A DNA stretch of 64,000 nucleotides from an uncultured Verrucomicrobiae bacterium (GTDB taxonomy: Bacteria; Chlamydiota; Chlamydiia; Chlamydiales; Rhabdochlamydiaceae). Made by a program: the position numbers and the translations under genes. The stretch is taken from assembly GCA_963718565.1 (NCBI GenBank), contig OY970364.1, positions 256,001-320,000 of the forward strand, in the 5' to 3' direction. Of this stretch, positions 18,571-27,447 are shown piece by piece; position 1 is the stretch's first letter, and each line of letters opens with the position of its first letter. The notes beneath the pieces were generated by a model that did not search any database, was not told where the DNA came from, and saw only the letters and a list, made by a program, of their open reading frames with translations.

Positions 18571-19782
18571 TCAGGTTTTTAGTGCAGCTTCTAAGTACGC
18601 GGGCTGTTTTTCATCGAAAGGCCGATGTTCCGGTATAGGTTGTATCAGTTCAAAGAGGCTGTGAACAGAGCCTTCTCGTTGTGCTTCTTGTGAGCGGCGC
18701 TCTAAACAAATGTGATCTCGATCGGTTGAAAAGTCTTTAATGTTTTTCAGTCCAAGTTTATGGAATCCTTGTTTCACGCCTTGGATGAGGTGGGGGACCC
18801 ATTCATGGATAGAACCTCTGGAAGGGACAAAACCGGCAACTCCCTCCGGCACGCGGATTTGACTTTTCTGAATTCCATAACGCGCAGCGCTTCCTCTTTC
18901 CATTGCTTGATCGGATCCCATTCCTCGATACTCCTTGAATCGGATTCCTTTCTTGACTTGATGCTCGCCGGGGGCTTCTGAAGTTCCTGCGAGAAGAGAT
19001 CCTAGCATGACCTGGTCAGCTCCTAGAACCAGGGCTTTGACGATGTCCGCGCTCTTCGTGATGCCGCCGTCTGCAATCATCGAAACGCCATGTTTATGGC
19101 AAATCTGTGCACATTCGTAGACTGCGGTTGCCTGGCCCCGCCCAATGCCTCCCACTTGCTGTGTCGTGCAGATGGATCCCGACCCCATTCCCACACGGAT
19201 GGCGTCCGCCCCAGCATGAATCAATGCTTCGCAAGCTTCTCCTGTGACCACGTTTCCCCCAATCACTTGTAACGAGGGAAAATATTCTTTTGTCCAACGG
19301 ATTAAATCTAGTTCGAATCGAGTAAATCCTTGAGAGGTGTCGAAAATAATGACATCGACAAGCTCTTTGATGAGCTCAATACGCTGCTTAGCTTTCTGCG
19401 CCCATGTTTCGACGGCCGCACCCACAAGAAGGCTTCCGGATCGATCAAGGGAAGCAAGGGGATAATTGGGATATTTTTTCCCATCGGAACATGTTGTAAA
19501 GCATTTGACTTTTTGCAATTCTTTGAGCTGATTTTCAGGAGACATATTATAGTGGATAATGCCTATTCCCCCTTGAAGGGCTATGCCAATGGCAAGACTT
19601 GCTTCCGTAACAGTATCCATGGGAGAGCTGATGATGGGAGTATTGAGTCGAATGTTGCGCATCAGTTGTGAAGAAAGGTCGATCTCATCTACAGGAAAAT
19701 CCACATAGCGCGGAAGCAGGATGAGATCATCGTAAGTCAAGCTCTCTCCGGAAAATTTTTCAAAAAATGGGATCATTTTCAT
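18571..19782 (-). CDS. guaB: IMP dehydrogenase, no CBS pair
   Basis: SSPMDTVTE, GMGSGSICTTQ (catalytic Cys), IADGGI, YRGMGS and VPEGV. Confidence 0.95.
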   Translation of the reverse strand: MKMIPFFEKFSGESLTYDDLILLPRYVDFPVDEIDLSSQLMRNIRLNTPIISSPMDTVTEASLAIGIALQGGIGIIHYNMSPENQLKELQKVKCFTTCSDGKKYPNYPLASLDRSGSLLVGAAVETWAQKAKQRIELIKELVDVIIFDTSQGFTRFELDLIRWTKEYFPSLQVIGGNVVTGEACEALIHAGADAIRVGMGSGSICTTQQVGGIGRGQATAVYECAQICHKHGVSMIADGGITKSADIVKALVLGADQVMLGSLLAGTSEAPGEHQVKKGIRFKEYRGMGSDQAMERGSAARYGIQKSQIRVPEGVAGFVPSRGSIHEWVPHLIQGVKQGFHKLGLKNIKDFSTDRDHICLERRSQEAQREGSVHSLFELIQPIPEHRPFDEKQPAYLEAALKT

Positions 19783-19827
19783 CAGATTCACCGTCCAAAT
19801 GAACATTTTTTTGGGTTGTTTGTGTTA

Positions 19828-19847
19828 GAGGGAATTGCAATTCCCTC
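19828..19847. repeat. Family A minimal form (two termini fused)
   Basis: Perfect palindrome GAGGGAATTGCAATTCCCTC. Confidence 0.7.
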
Positions 19848-19878
19848 GTTAAGCTGGACTTTAGCCAATGGCTAAAGC

Positions 19879-21300
19879 TTAAGTCAAAGCCAAATCTTGT
19901 TCTCTTAATTTTTGGAGGGCTTTTATCCCTTCTGTGGAAGTCGGATAGTGGCCTGTCAAACATGCAGTGCAAAGATCACCCAACCCAATTGCCTCTTTTA
20001 AACTGTCGATGTCATTGTAAACTAAAGCGTCGGCGCCGATTTCTTGGGAAATTTCTGCAATACTTCTATTTCGAGCAATCAACTGATTGTGGCAAGGAAA
20101 ATCAATGCCGTAAACACAAGGATGAAGAATGGGGGGGAAAGTAGAGGCGAAAATAATTTTGCGAGCGCCTGCTTTCCGCGCGAGAAAAACTGTGCGTTTA
20201 GAAACATTGCCTCGAACGATGCTATCATCGACCAAAATCACAGTCTTGCCTTCAAACACGGAACGAACGGCAGCTAATTTCTGTAAAATCGCTCCTTGTC
20301 GATGCTCCTGTCCTGCCATGATGAACGTTCTTCCTGAATGGCGGAGAGGACAGAATCCTTCAGCAAATGGGATTCCCAGGTGTTGGGCGAGAGCGATTCC
20401 TGCTGCAATCCCTGTTTCGGGAATAGGAACGACAACATCTGCTTGCGCCAAATCCGATTTGCGGATCTTTTCAGCGAGAAAGACCCCCAGTTTAGAGCGT
20501 ACGGAATAGACTTCTTTGCCTTCCAGAATGGAGTGAGGTTTGGCAAAATAATTGTATTCAAAACTGCAATGAGAATGCGTGCGGCGGGTCAATGCTTTTT
20601 GATGCAACTTTCCCTCGATATCGACATACATCACAACCCCTGGAGGAAGATCGTCGATCGATTCACAATCGATATTAGAAAGTGCAAGATTTTCTGAAGC
20701 AAAAGCAATAATGTCTTTTCCTTTTCCGACGAGCAGTGGCCGAATCCCTCCAGGATCGCGAAAGGCGAATATCCCTTGTTTTGTCATCATTCCAATAATG
20801 GAATAGGATCCCCGGATGCGATCATAGATGCGCTTGACTGCAATGCACAGGCGTTCAAAAAATGGCCCGGTATCAGGCATACTCTGACTTAAGAGATGCA
20901 AAATGGACTCGCTGTCGCAAGAGGCTTGAAAATGGATTCCCTGTTTTTCAAGCTGTTTGCGCACAGAAGGATAATTCACAAGGTTCCCATTGTGTGCGAG
21001 GACTAGCCAATCCTGATCTTTTTTTAAAACAAGAGGCTGCGCATCTTCCATCTTATTTTGCCCGGAGGTCGCATATCGGGTATGTCCAATTCCCAAAAGG
21101 GCGCCTGGCAATAGATGCGGCTCTGCCGCAAAAAGCTGAGAGACCAATCCTGCCCTCCTTTGATAGAAATGCTGTTCCTGCACAGGATCATATAAAAAAA
21201 TGCCGGCAGCTTCCTGCCCTCGGTGCTGCAACTGCATCATTCCAATATGAATCAATGCTGAAATGCGCTTTTTCCCAATGATCCCAATGATTCCACACAT
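19879..21300 (-). CDS. purF: Amidophosphoribosyltransferase
   Basis: MCGIIG N-terminus, QHRGQEAAG, GHTRYATSG, HNGNLVN and VDDSIVRG. Confidence 0.97.
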   Translation of the reverse strand: MCGIIGIIGKKRISALIHIGMMQLQHRGQEAAGIFLYDPVQEQHFYQRRAGLVSQLFAAEPHLLPGALLGIGHTRYATSGQNKMEDAQPLVLKKDQDWLVLAHNGNLVNYPSVRKQLEKQGIHFQASCDSESILHLLSQSMPDTGPFFERLCIAVKRIYDRIRGSYSIIGMMTKQGIFAFRDPGGIRPLLVGKGKDIIAFASENLALSNIDCESIDDLPPGVVMYVDIEGKLHQKALTRRTHSHCSFEYNYFAKPHSILEGKEVYSVRSKLGVFLAEKIRKSDLAQADVVVPIPETGIAAGIALAQHLGIPFAEGFCPLRHSGRTFIMAGQEHRQGAILQKLAAVRSVFEGKTVILVDDSIVRGNVSKRTVFLARKAGARKIIFASTFPPILHPCVYGIDFPCHNQLIARNRSIAEISQEIGADALVYNDIDSLKEAIGLGDLCTACLTGHYPTSTEGIKALQKLREQDLALT

Positions 21301-22145
21301 AGAACTCCTTGTGCGTCGTGCTTAAAAGAAGCTGAAACAAGCTCATGGCTATGCACATGTTGTTGTTCGACATCGTCGATGAAAAGGCTGTCTGTCCCGG
21401 GGAGGATCTTGACTCTGCCTTGAGAAATCAATTGCAGAGCGCAAAGACATGCCGGCCAATCACTGATGGCTTTTTGCCGTTCTTGATGAGCGATAGCGCT
21501 CTCTTTAGTGATTGGATAGCCTTCCCTATACTCTACCCATGGCCCTGAAACGACGATTGGACCTGTGTCTGCCTTTTCGTCGATTACAATGACGGTAGAT
21601 CGAGTTTTTTCTTGGCCATTTTGAAGGGCTTGCAAAACAGCTTGATCGCCAACGAATTTACGCCTGCCTCGTGGGTCCAGATGAGTGAGATCGGCAGGAT
21701 GCACATTTAAAATGCGATAAGGAAATGCTTCAAGCCAGCAGGAACTGAGGATGCGCATGTATCCGGCCAAAAGCAGAAAATCAATAGAAAGAGCTTCTTT
21801 TTCCATCAAAGAAAACAGCTTCTTTACTCCCTGCTGATCGTACTCCTTGCGGAGTTCAGGATTGCAAGGATTGCTGGCGTGTTTGTCTTTAATAAAAGAG
21901 CTAAAAGGATGTTGAATGAGTGGAAGTTTTTCTTCTTTGGCGATCTGTGAAAAACGGCTTTCCCTGTCTGTGAATAGCAGTTTTATAGCAAAAGGAGATT
22001 TTCCATAAAGCCGCTCGCTCTCTTTTTGCGCTGCTAGCATCGCGCGCAAGATCGTCCCTGACCCTGAGCCGAACACAGCCACATGCATGGGGCGGTGTGA
22101 ACAAGGACGATATAAGGGTTCTGCTCTAGTCATATCTGCCGTCAT
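21252..22145 (-). CDS. purN: Phosphoribosylglycinamide formyltransferase (atypical, long)
   Basis: VFGSGSGT, LLAGYMRIL, LNVHPAD and DTGPIV motifs; position in the operon. Confidence 0.8.
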   Translation of the reverse strand: MTADMTRAEPLYRPCSHRPMHVAVFGSGSGTILRAMLAAQKESERLYGKSPFAIKLLFTDRESRFSQIAKEEKLPLIQHPFSSFIKDKHASNPCNPELRKEYDQQGVKKLFSLMEKEALSIDFLLLAGYMRILSSCWLEAFPYRILNVHPADLTHLDPRGRRKFVGDQAVLQALQNGQEKTRSTVIVIDEKADTGPIVVSGPWVEYREGYPITKESAIAHQERQKAISDWPACLCALQLISQGRVKILPGTDSLFIDDVEQQHVHSHELVSASFKHDAQGVLCVESLGSLGKSAFQH

Positions 22146-23437
22146 TGCGTTTGAAGATGAAATTTTCCAATATCCTGACGGAAATGCGCCCAAGTTAAAG
22201 AAAGTTGGCGGATCGATGCATAAGTGTGGGCAATGGCTTGAGTCAAGTTGACGCCGATCCCAGTCACTCCCAAGACTCGTCCAGAAGTTGTGACGAGATG
22301 CCCATGGGGATCGAGAGCTGTCCCGGCATGGAAGAGAAAGAGATCTTCTCTATGTGCGCATAACTCAAGTCCTTCTATTCGCTCTCCACTCGAAGAAGAA
22401 AGGGGGTAGCCTTTGGACGCTAAAACCACGCAGCAAGCTGCCAAAGGTTTGAATCGGATCAAAGTGCGATTAAGTTCTCCTTGGACACAAGCCATCAGCG
22501 CTTCTGCTAGATCTGTTTCAAGTAACGGGAGAACTGCCTGAGTCTCAGGGTCCCCAAAACGGCAATTGTATTCGAGTACTTTAGGTCCATGGGATGTCCA
22601 CATAATTCCAAAATATAACAACCCCCGATAATCGATGTTTTCAAACTGCAATCCTCGTAGAGTAGGTTGGACAATGGTGTGCTCTATCTCGTCTTTCATC
22701 TCTTCTGTTAAAAACGGAAGGGGTGCATAGGCGCCCATTCCTCCTGTATTTGGACCGAGATCTTGTTCATAAAGCCGCTTGTGGTCTTGTGCCGCGATCA
22801 AAGGGACCATTCTTGCCCCATCTGATAGCACTTGGAAGGAAAGTTCAGGACCGGAAAGGAGCTCTTCTACGACAATTTCATCGCCTGAATTGCCATAACA
22901 TTTTTCTTCCATCATTTTCTGAATCGCATTTTCAGCTTCTTGGAAATGTTGACAACAGGTGACCCCTTTTCCTCCTGTAAGGCCGCTCGGCTTGATGACT
23001 GCGCCTTTTCCCCGAGAAAAAAAAGAAAGCGTAGCCTGTCTTGCTTGTGGGACGGTGTGGCAAATCTCAAACTGTGCTGTGGGAATCTGGTGCCTAAGCA
23101 TGAATTCTTTGGCCCATGCTTTGCTACTTTCCAATTGGGCCGCGTCTTTCGAAGGCCCAAAAAGAGGAAGGTTTTGAGCGGCGAAGAAATTTTGAATTCC
23201 TTTTTCCAAAGGAATTTCTGGCCCTACGACTGTAAGGTCGATCTTTTCCTCTTGTACACGCTGAGCGATGGCTGCATGGTCGTCGATGGAAAAATTTTCC
23301 TTCTCTTGACACAGAGCAGAAGCGATGGCCCGTATGCCAGGATTTCCAGGGTGGCAGAACACAGAATGTCCTTGACGCAAAAGCGTCTGGGCCAATGCGT
23401 GTTCTCTTCCTCCGGAGCCGATCACAGCAACTTTCAT
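22142..23437 (-). CDS. purD: Phosphoribosylamine-glycine ligase
   Basis: GSGGREHAL, VVGPE, QDHKR, GPNTGGMGAY and EYNCRFGDPETQ. Confidence 0.97.
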   Translation of the reverse strand: MKVAVIGSGGREHALAQTLLRQGHSVFCHPGNPGIRAIASALCQEKENFSIDDHAAIAQRVQEEKIDLTVVGPEIPLEKGIQNFFAAQNLPLFGPSKDAAQLESSKAWAKEFMLRHQIPTAQFEICHTVPQARQATLSFFSRGKGAVIKPSGLTGGKGVTCCQHFQEAENAIQKMMEEKCYGNSGDEIVVEELLSGPELSFQVLSDGARMVPLIAAQDHKRLYEQDLGPNTGGMGAYAPLPFLTEEMKDEIEHTIVQPTLRGLQFENIDYRGLLYFGIMWTSHGPKVLEYNCRFGDPETQAVLPLLETDLAEALMACVQGELNRTLIRFKPLAACCVVLASKGYPLSSSSGERIEGLELCAHREDLFLFHAGTALDPHGHLVTTSGRVLGVTGIGVNLTQAIAHTYASIRQLSLTWAHFRQDIGKFHLQTQ

Positions 23438-23441
23438 AAGG

Positions 23442-24776
23442 TTAAACCTCCGCAGTAGGGCCCATGGCTTTGAGGATCCGGACCGCGGCTAAAGCGGCAT
23501 TTGCGGGATCGATGACTGTCAAGACGGGGACTTGGCTCGGCATCTGTAGAGAAGAGTGGATGTTGATCAAATAGTCCTGGCCATCTTTGAAAAAAGGACA
23601 AGCGATCACTGGCCATTTCAGATTAGCGGCAGCCACTCCTGATAATGCATTGCTTCTTCCTGCAATTGTCAAGCAGACAATGGGCTCTAAGGATTCATTG
23701 AATGTTTCAATCAATGAGAAAAGGGCTTTGGGGTGTTTATGGGCAGAAGCGATTTCAATGCGATATTTGATCCCTTCTTGATCAAAGACCGCTTGCATTT
23801 TTTCTGCATGGCCCATGTCCTTTTCGCTGCCTAAAATAATAAGAGCAAAACTCCCTTTAATCACCTTTGCTTTTTTAAGGTTCACAAACATCCTTTCCGG
23901 AAAAAGATACTGCTGCTGTCGGAGCTGTAATCCAGTGATTGCCTCGTAAACTTCCGCATATCCCTGGTGGATTTTCCATTGGACCTCTTCGGGAAGAGAG
24001 GGGGTTGGCCCGGTTCCGGTGAATCCGTGCTCTCTTGCCCACTCGCGCACAAACTCTTTATCAGGAAATCGCACCTCTTTTTTTTCGAGGTCTTTTTGAA
24101 ACCAAAATCTCGAAGAATCGGGTGTGTGGATTTCATCAATGAGCATCAAACGCTGGGAAGGATCGATTCCAAACTCATATTTCGTATCGACAAGAATCAT
24201 TCCCCGTTCTTTTAAGAGTTCATTGCCTCTGCGATACAGGCCAAGCGCTGTCCTCTCCATTTCTTCCCAAAGAGAAAGGTCTACGATCTTCTGTTTGAGA
24301 ATCTCCTCTTTTGAAATATCCTCGTCATGTCCTTCCGTGCTCTTGGTCGTTGGAGTGACAATGGGCTCTGGAAGCGGATCATTCTGATGGAGGCCTTCAG
24401 GGATTTTAACACCGCATTTCTCTCTTTTGCCTTTTGCATAATCTCGCCATAATGAGCCTGCGAGATAGCCTCTCACGATGACTTCAATTGGAATAGGAGT
24501 GCATTTTTTGACGATCGTCACATTGGGATCCGGATGAGAAATCACATGATTGGCAATGATGTCTTTTGTTTTTTCAAACCAGAAGAGGGCAAGTTCTGTC
24601 AAAATCCTTCCCTTTTCATAAATCGGCTCTTGAAGGATCCGATCAAAAATGGAGATTCTGTCGCTTGCGACAAGGATCAATGAGTCATTGTGTTCATAAA
24701 TATCTCGTACTTTCCCTTGTCTTCGGACTCCGAGTTCGGGAAGAAACAGTGAAGAGGGTGTTGCTTGTTTTTGCAT
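23442..24776 (-). CDS. purC: Fused SAICAR synthetase (PurC) + class II AIR carboxylase (PurE)
   Basis: GKVRDIY, SDRISIFD, DTKYEFG and DEIHTPDSSRFW in the N-terminal part; LGSEKD, SAHK and AGRSNAL in the C-terminal part. Confidence 0.9.
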   Translation of the reverse strand: MQKQATPSSLFLPELGVRRQGKVRDIYEHNDSLILVASDRISIFDRILQEPIYEKGRILTELALFWFEKTKDIIANHVISHPDPNVTIVKKCTPIPIEVIVRGYLAGSLWRDYAKGKREKCGVKIPEGLHQNDPLPEPIVTPTTKSTEGHDEDISKEEILKQKIVDLSLWEEMERTALGLYRRGNELLKERGMILVDTKYEFGIDPSQRLMLIDEIHTPDSSRFWFQKDLEKKEVRFPDKEFVREWAREHGFTGTGPTPSLPEEVQWKIHQGYAEVYEAITGLQLRQQQYLFPERMFVNLKKAKVIKGSFALIILGSEKDMGHAEKMQAVFDQEGIKYRIEIASAHKHPKALFSLIETFNESLEPIVCLTIAGRSNALSGVAAANLKWPVIACPFFKDGQDYLINIHSSLQMPSQVPVLTVIDPANAALAAVRILKAMGPTAEV

Positions 24777-24798
24777 AAATAATCGTAGAAGAGTTAAT

Positions 24799-24980
24799 GA
24801 GGGAATTGCAAAACTCCTCGCCGCGTAAAATCGCGCTTTTGACACCTGTCGCTTCGGCGGCGGCTCTCCTACTTATCCAAGTATGCTTTCGCCGCCGCCA
24901 ACCAAACCCGCTGTGCTGGTTCTGGCAACAGGTGCCAAAATCATCGATTTTCTGCTGGCGAGGGGTTTTGCAATTCCCTC
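24799..24980. repeat. Family A MITE-like element (medium form, reverse orientation)
   Basis: Same termini and internal hairpins as the 16823 copy; abuts the purH stop codon. Confidence 0.85.
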
Positions 24981-26623
24981 TAATGGTTAAAATAGCGCTG
25001 TCCTGTAAAGATCATGCATAAATCATTGTGATCCGCAGCTTCGATGACCTCGAGGTCTCGGATCGATCCGCCAGGCTGAAGACATGTTTTTATTCCATAT
25101 TCTGCAGCTTGGGCAACTGTATCAGCAAAAGGAAAAAATCCATCGCTGACTAGCACCGTTTTTTCTAGAGCTTCTTTGGCGTTTTTTTCTCCGACGTCAT
25201 TTTTTAAATTTTCGAGGGCTTTTGGCAAAGCGAGCTTTTGTAGGCTATCCACTCTATTAGGTTGTCCTCCTCCCACTCCGATCAGCTGATGAAATCCCGG
25301 AGCGTATTCCTGAACAATCACGGTAGCGTTGGATTTCACAGAGTGTGCGGCTACAATGCCAAAGCGGAATAAACCGATCTGCTCAATCTCAGGCATCCGC
25401 TTTGTCACAACTCCAATCTTCTGTTTTGCATCGATTTCAACGCGATGAAAAAGCTGCTGTAAAGAAGTGCAAAGATCCTTCTTTGGAGTTTGAATGAGCA
25501 TTCCTCCTGAAATCCCGCGAAACAACAAGGGTGCAACATCATCAAAAGAAACTTGTAAGAGGCGCAAGTTTGGCCTGGAAACAGAAGCCCACTCAACAAA
25601 AGAGGGGCTAAAAGCAGGGGCGAGAAGGATTTCGATAAAACGATCCTTTAAACCCTGATGAAAATCTTCTTCGACGGGCTGAGAAAGGGCCACAATGCTG
25701 CCAAAAGCAGACTTAGCATCGCCGCTCCATGCTTTGTGAAACGCATCTTTCACTGTCCTTCCCGTTGCAAAACCTGATAAACTGCCATGTTTTACAATAG
25801 CGGCAATCGGTTGTTTTTCCATCTCGCAGAGTCTTTGAATAGCAAGAAATGCCTGTGAAGCATCTTCATAATTGTTGTAGGAGAGCTCTTTTCCTCCGAG
25901 GATTTTTGCAGAAGCGACACCTTGCTGTTTTTCAAAACAGTAGACCCATGCTTCTTGATCAGGATTTTCCCCATAACAGAGTTTGCGCCCCTTGGAAAGA
26001 GGAAGGTGCAAAGTGGACTCGTTCTGCAATCTTTTGGAAAACTCCGAGGCGATAAGAGCTTCATAAGCAGCGCTTGTTTGCATCGCCTTGACGGCAAGTC
26101 TTTTGCGCGTCTCAAGAGAGAGTGCTCCTTGATTGACTCTAAGTTCCTCCACAATCGCAGGGTAATCTTGGGGATCGGCGATGATCGCCACTGAGAAAAA
26201 ATTTTTACAAGCACTCCGGATCAACGAGGACCCTCCAATGTCCATAGATTCAAGCAACTCCGCCATGTCGCTATTAGGATCTTGGCTGATCTTTTCAAAG
26301 GGATAGAGATTACAGACGATCAGATCGATCGGCTCGATCTGCAGATGCTTGGCTTCTTGTTCATCCTTTCCTCGACGATAAAGGATTCCTCCAAAAATGA
26401 CGGGGTGTAAAGTTTTCACTCTTCCGTCAAAGCACTCTGGAAACTGTGTCTTTTCAGAAAGTGGCACAAAGGGAATGTCAGCTGCAGCAAGAGCTTTGGC
26501 GGTTCCTCCAGTAGAAATGATGTGAATAGAGTCGTCGATCTTAAGCAATTCTTTAGCAAAGGGGACGAGCCCCTGTTTGTCGCTTACTGAAAAAAGTGCT
26601 CTTTTAATCCTCATGGGATTCAT
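24980..26623 (-). CDS. purH: Bifunctional AICAR transformylase/IMP cyclohydrolase
   Basis: RALFSVSDK, GRVKTLHP, YGENPDQ, SDGFFPFAD and QPGGSIRD. Confidence 0.96.
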   Translation of the reverse strand: MNPMRIKRALFSVSDKQGLVPFAKELLKIDDSIHIISTGGTAKALAAADIPFVPLSEKTQFPECFDGRVKTLHPVIFGGILYRRGKDEQEAKHLQIEPIDLIVCNLYPFEKISQDPNSDMAELLESMDIGGSSLIRSACKNFFSVAIIADPQDYPAIVEELRVNQGALSLETRKRLAVKAMQTSAAYEALIASEFSKRLQNESTLHLPLSKGRKLCYGENPDQEAWVYCFEKQQGVASAKILGGKELSYNNYEDASQAFLAIQRLCEMEKQPIAAIVKHGSLSGFATGRTVKDAFHKAWSGDAKSAFGSIVALSQPVEEDFHQGLKDRFIEILLAPAFSPSFVEWASVSRPNLRLLQVSFDDVAPLLFRGISGGMLIQTPKKDLCTSLQQLFHRVEIDAKQKIGVVTKRMPEIEQIGLFRFGIVAAHSVKSNATVIVQEYAPGFHQLIGVGGGQPNRVDSLQKLALPKALENLKNDVGEKNAKEALEKTVLVSDGFFPFADTVAQAAEYGIKTCLQPGGSIRDLEVIEAADHNDLCMIFTGQRYFNH

Positions 26624-27447
26624 CTTTGCCTTGAATAATTGACGATGTTTTTAAATAGGTCTAAAGAAGGTCCGTACACAGGGATGGGGAGCCCTTGTCG
26701 CTGCATCGTTTCTTTGCGCCGAGTCCAATCGGGAAAATGGGTAAAAAACAGGGCCGCTTCCGGATGGGGCATCATGCCTAAGACCCGGCCAGTTGAGTCG
26801 CAGATGCCTGCAATCGCATGGGAAGAGCCATTGGGATTATCGGGATAATGTTGCGTCACATCTCCTTGAGCTGTTTTGTACTGGAAGACAATTTGCTGAT
26901 GAGAGATCAATTGCTGAAATCCCGCATCATCGTCAAGGGCAAAATTCCCCTCTGCATGGCGCACAGGCAAATAGAGTTCTTTTAGGTCTTTAGTAAAGAC
27001 ACAGCGTGAAGGAGGGAGATGAAGATGGACCCAGCGCGATTCAAAACGGTAGTATTTATTTCTATTCAACGATGCTTGTTGGCGGATCTCAAACCCAGGA
27101 AGAATCCCTAATTTTACAAGAAGCTGGAATCCATTGCAGACACCAAGGATGCAATTTCCTTTTTCAACAAAATCATGAAGTTCTTCAACGAGGGGTTTTC
27201 CTGCTTTTTTCCCTTTGAAAAAAACAATTTTATTCGCAAAGGCTTTCGCTGCCCCAAGTTCGTCTCCAAAAGAAAACCCTCCTGGGAAAAAAAGAAGATC
27301 AAAGTCCATTAAAAAGACCTGGCCTAATAACCAAGCTTTGACATGAGCGATCACAACTTCAGATCCGGCTAGTGCCGCCGCCCTGGCCATTTCTCTTTCA
27401 CAATTGATCCCATATCCAGTAAGGACAAGAGTGCGAACAGGTTTCAT
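26620..27447 (-). CDS. purQ: FGAM synthase glutaminase subunit
   Basis: PGGFSFGD, GVCNGFQ, NPNGS and GMMPHPE. Confidence 0.95.
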   Translation of the reverse strand: MKPVRTLVLTGYGINCEREMARAAALAGSEVVIAHVKAWLLGQVFLMDFDLLFFPGGFSFGDELGAAKAFANKIVFFKGKKAGKPLVEELHDFVEKGNCILGVCNGFQLLVKLGILPGFEIRQQASLNRNKYYRFESRWVHLHLPPSRCVFTKDLKELYLPVRHAEGNFALDDDAGFQQLISHQQIVFQYKTAQGDVTQHYPDNPNGSSHAIAGICDSTGRVLGMMPHPEAALFFTHFPDWTRRKETMQRQGLPIPVYGPSLDLFKNIVNYSRQR

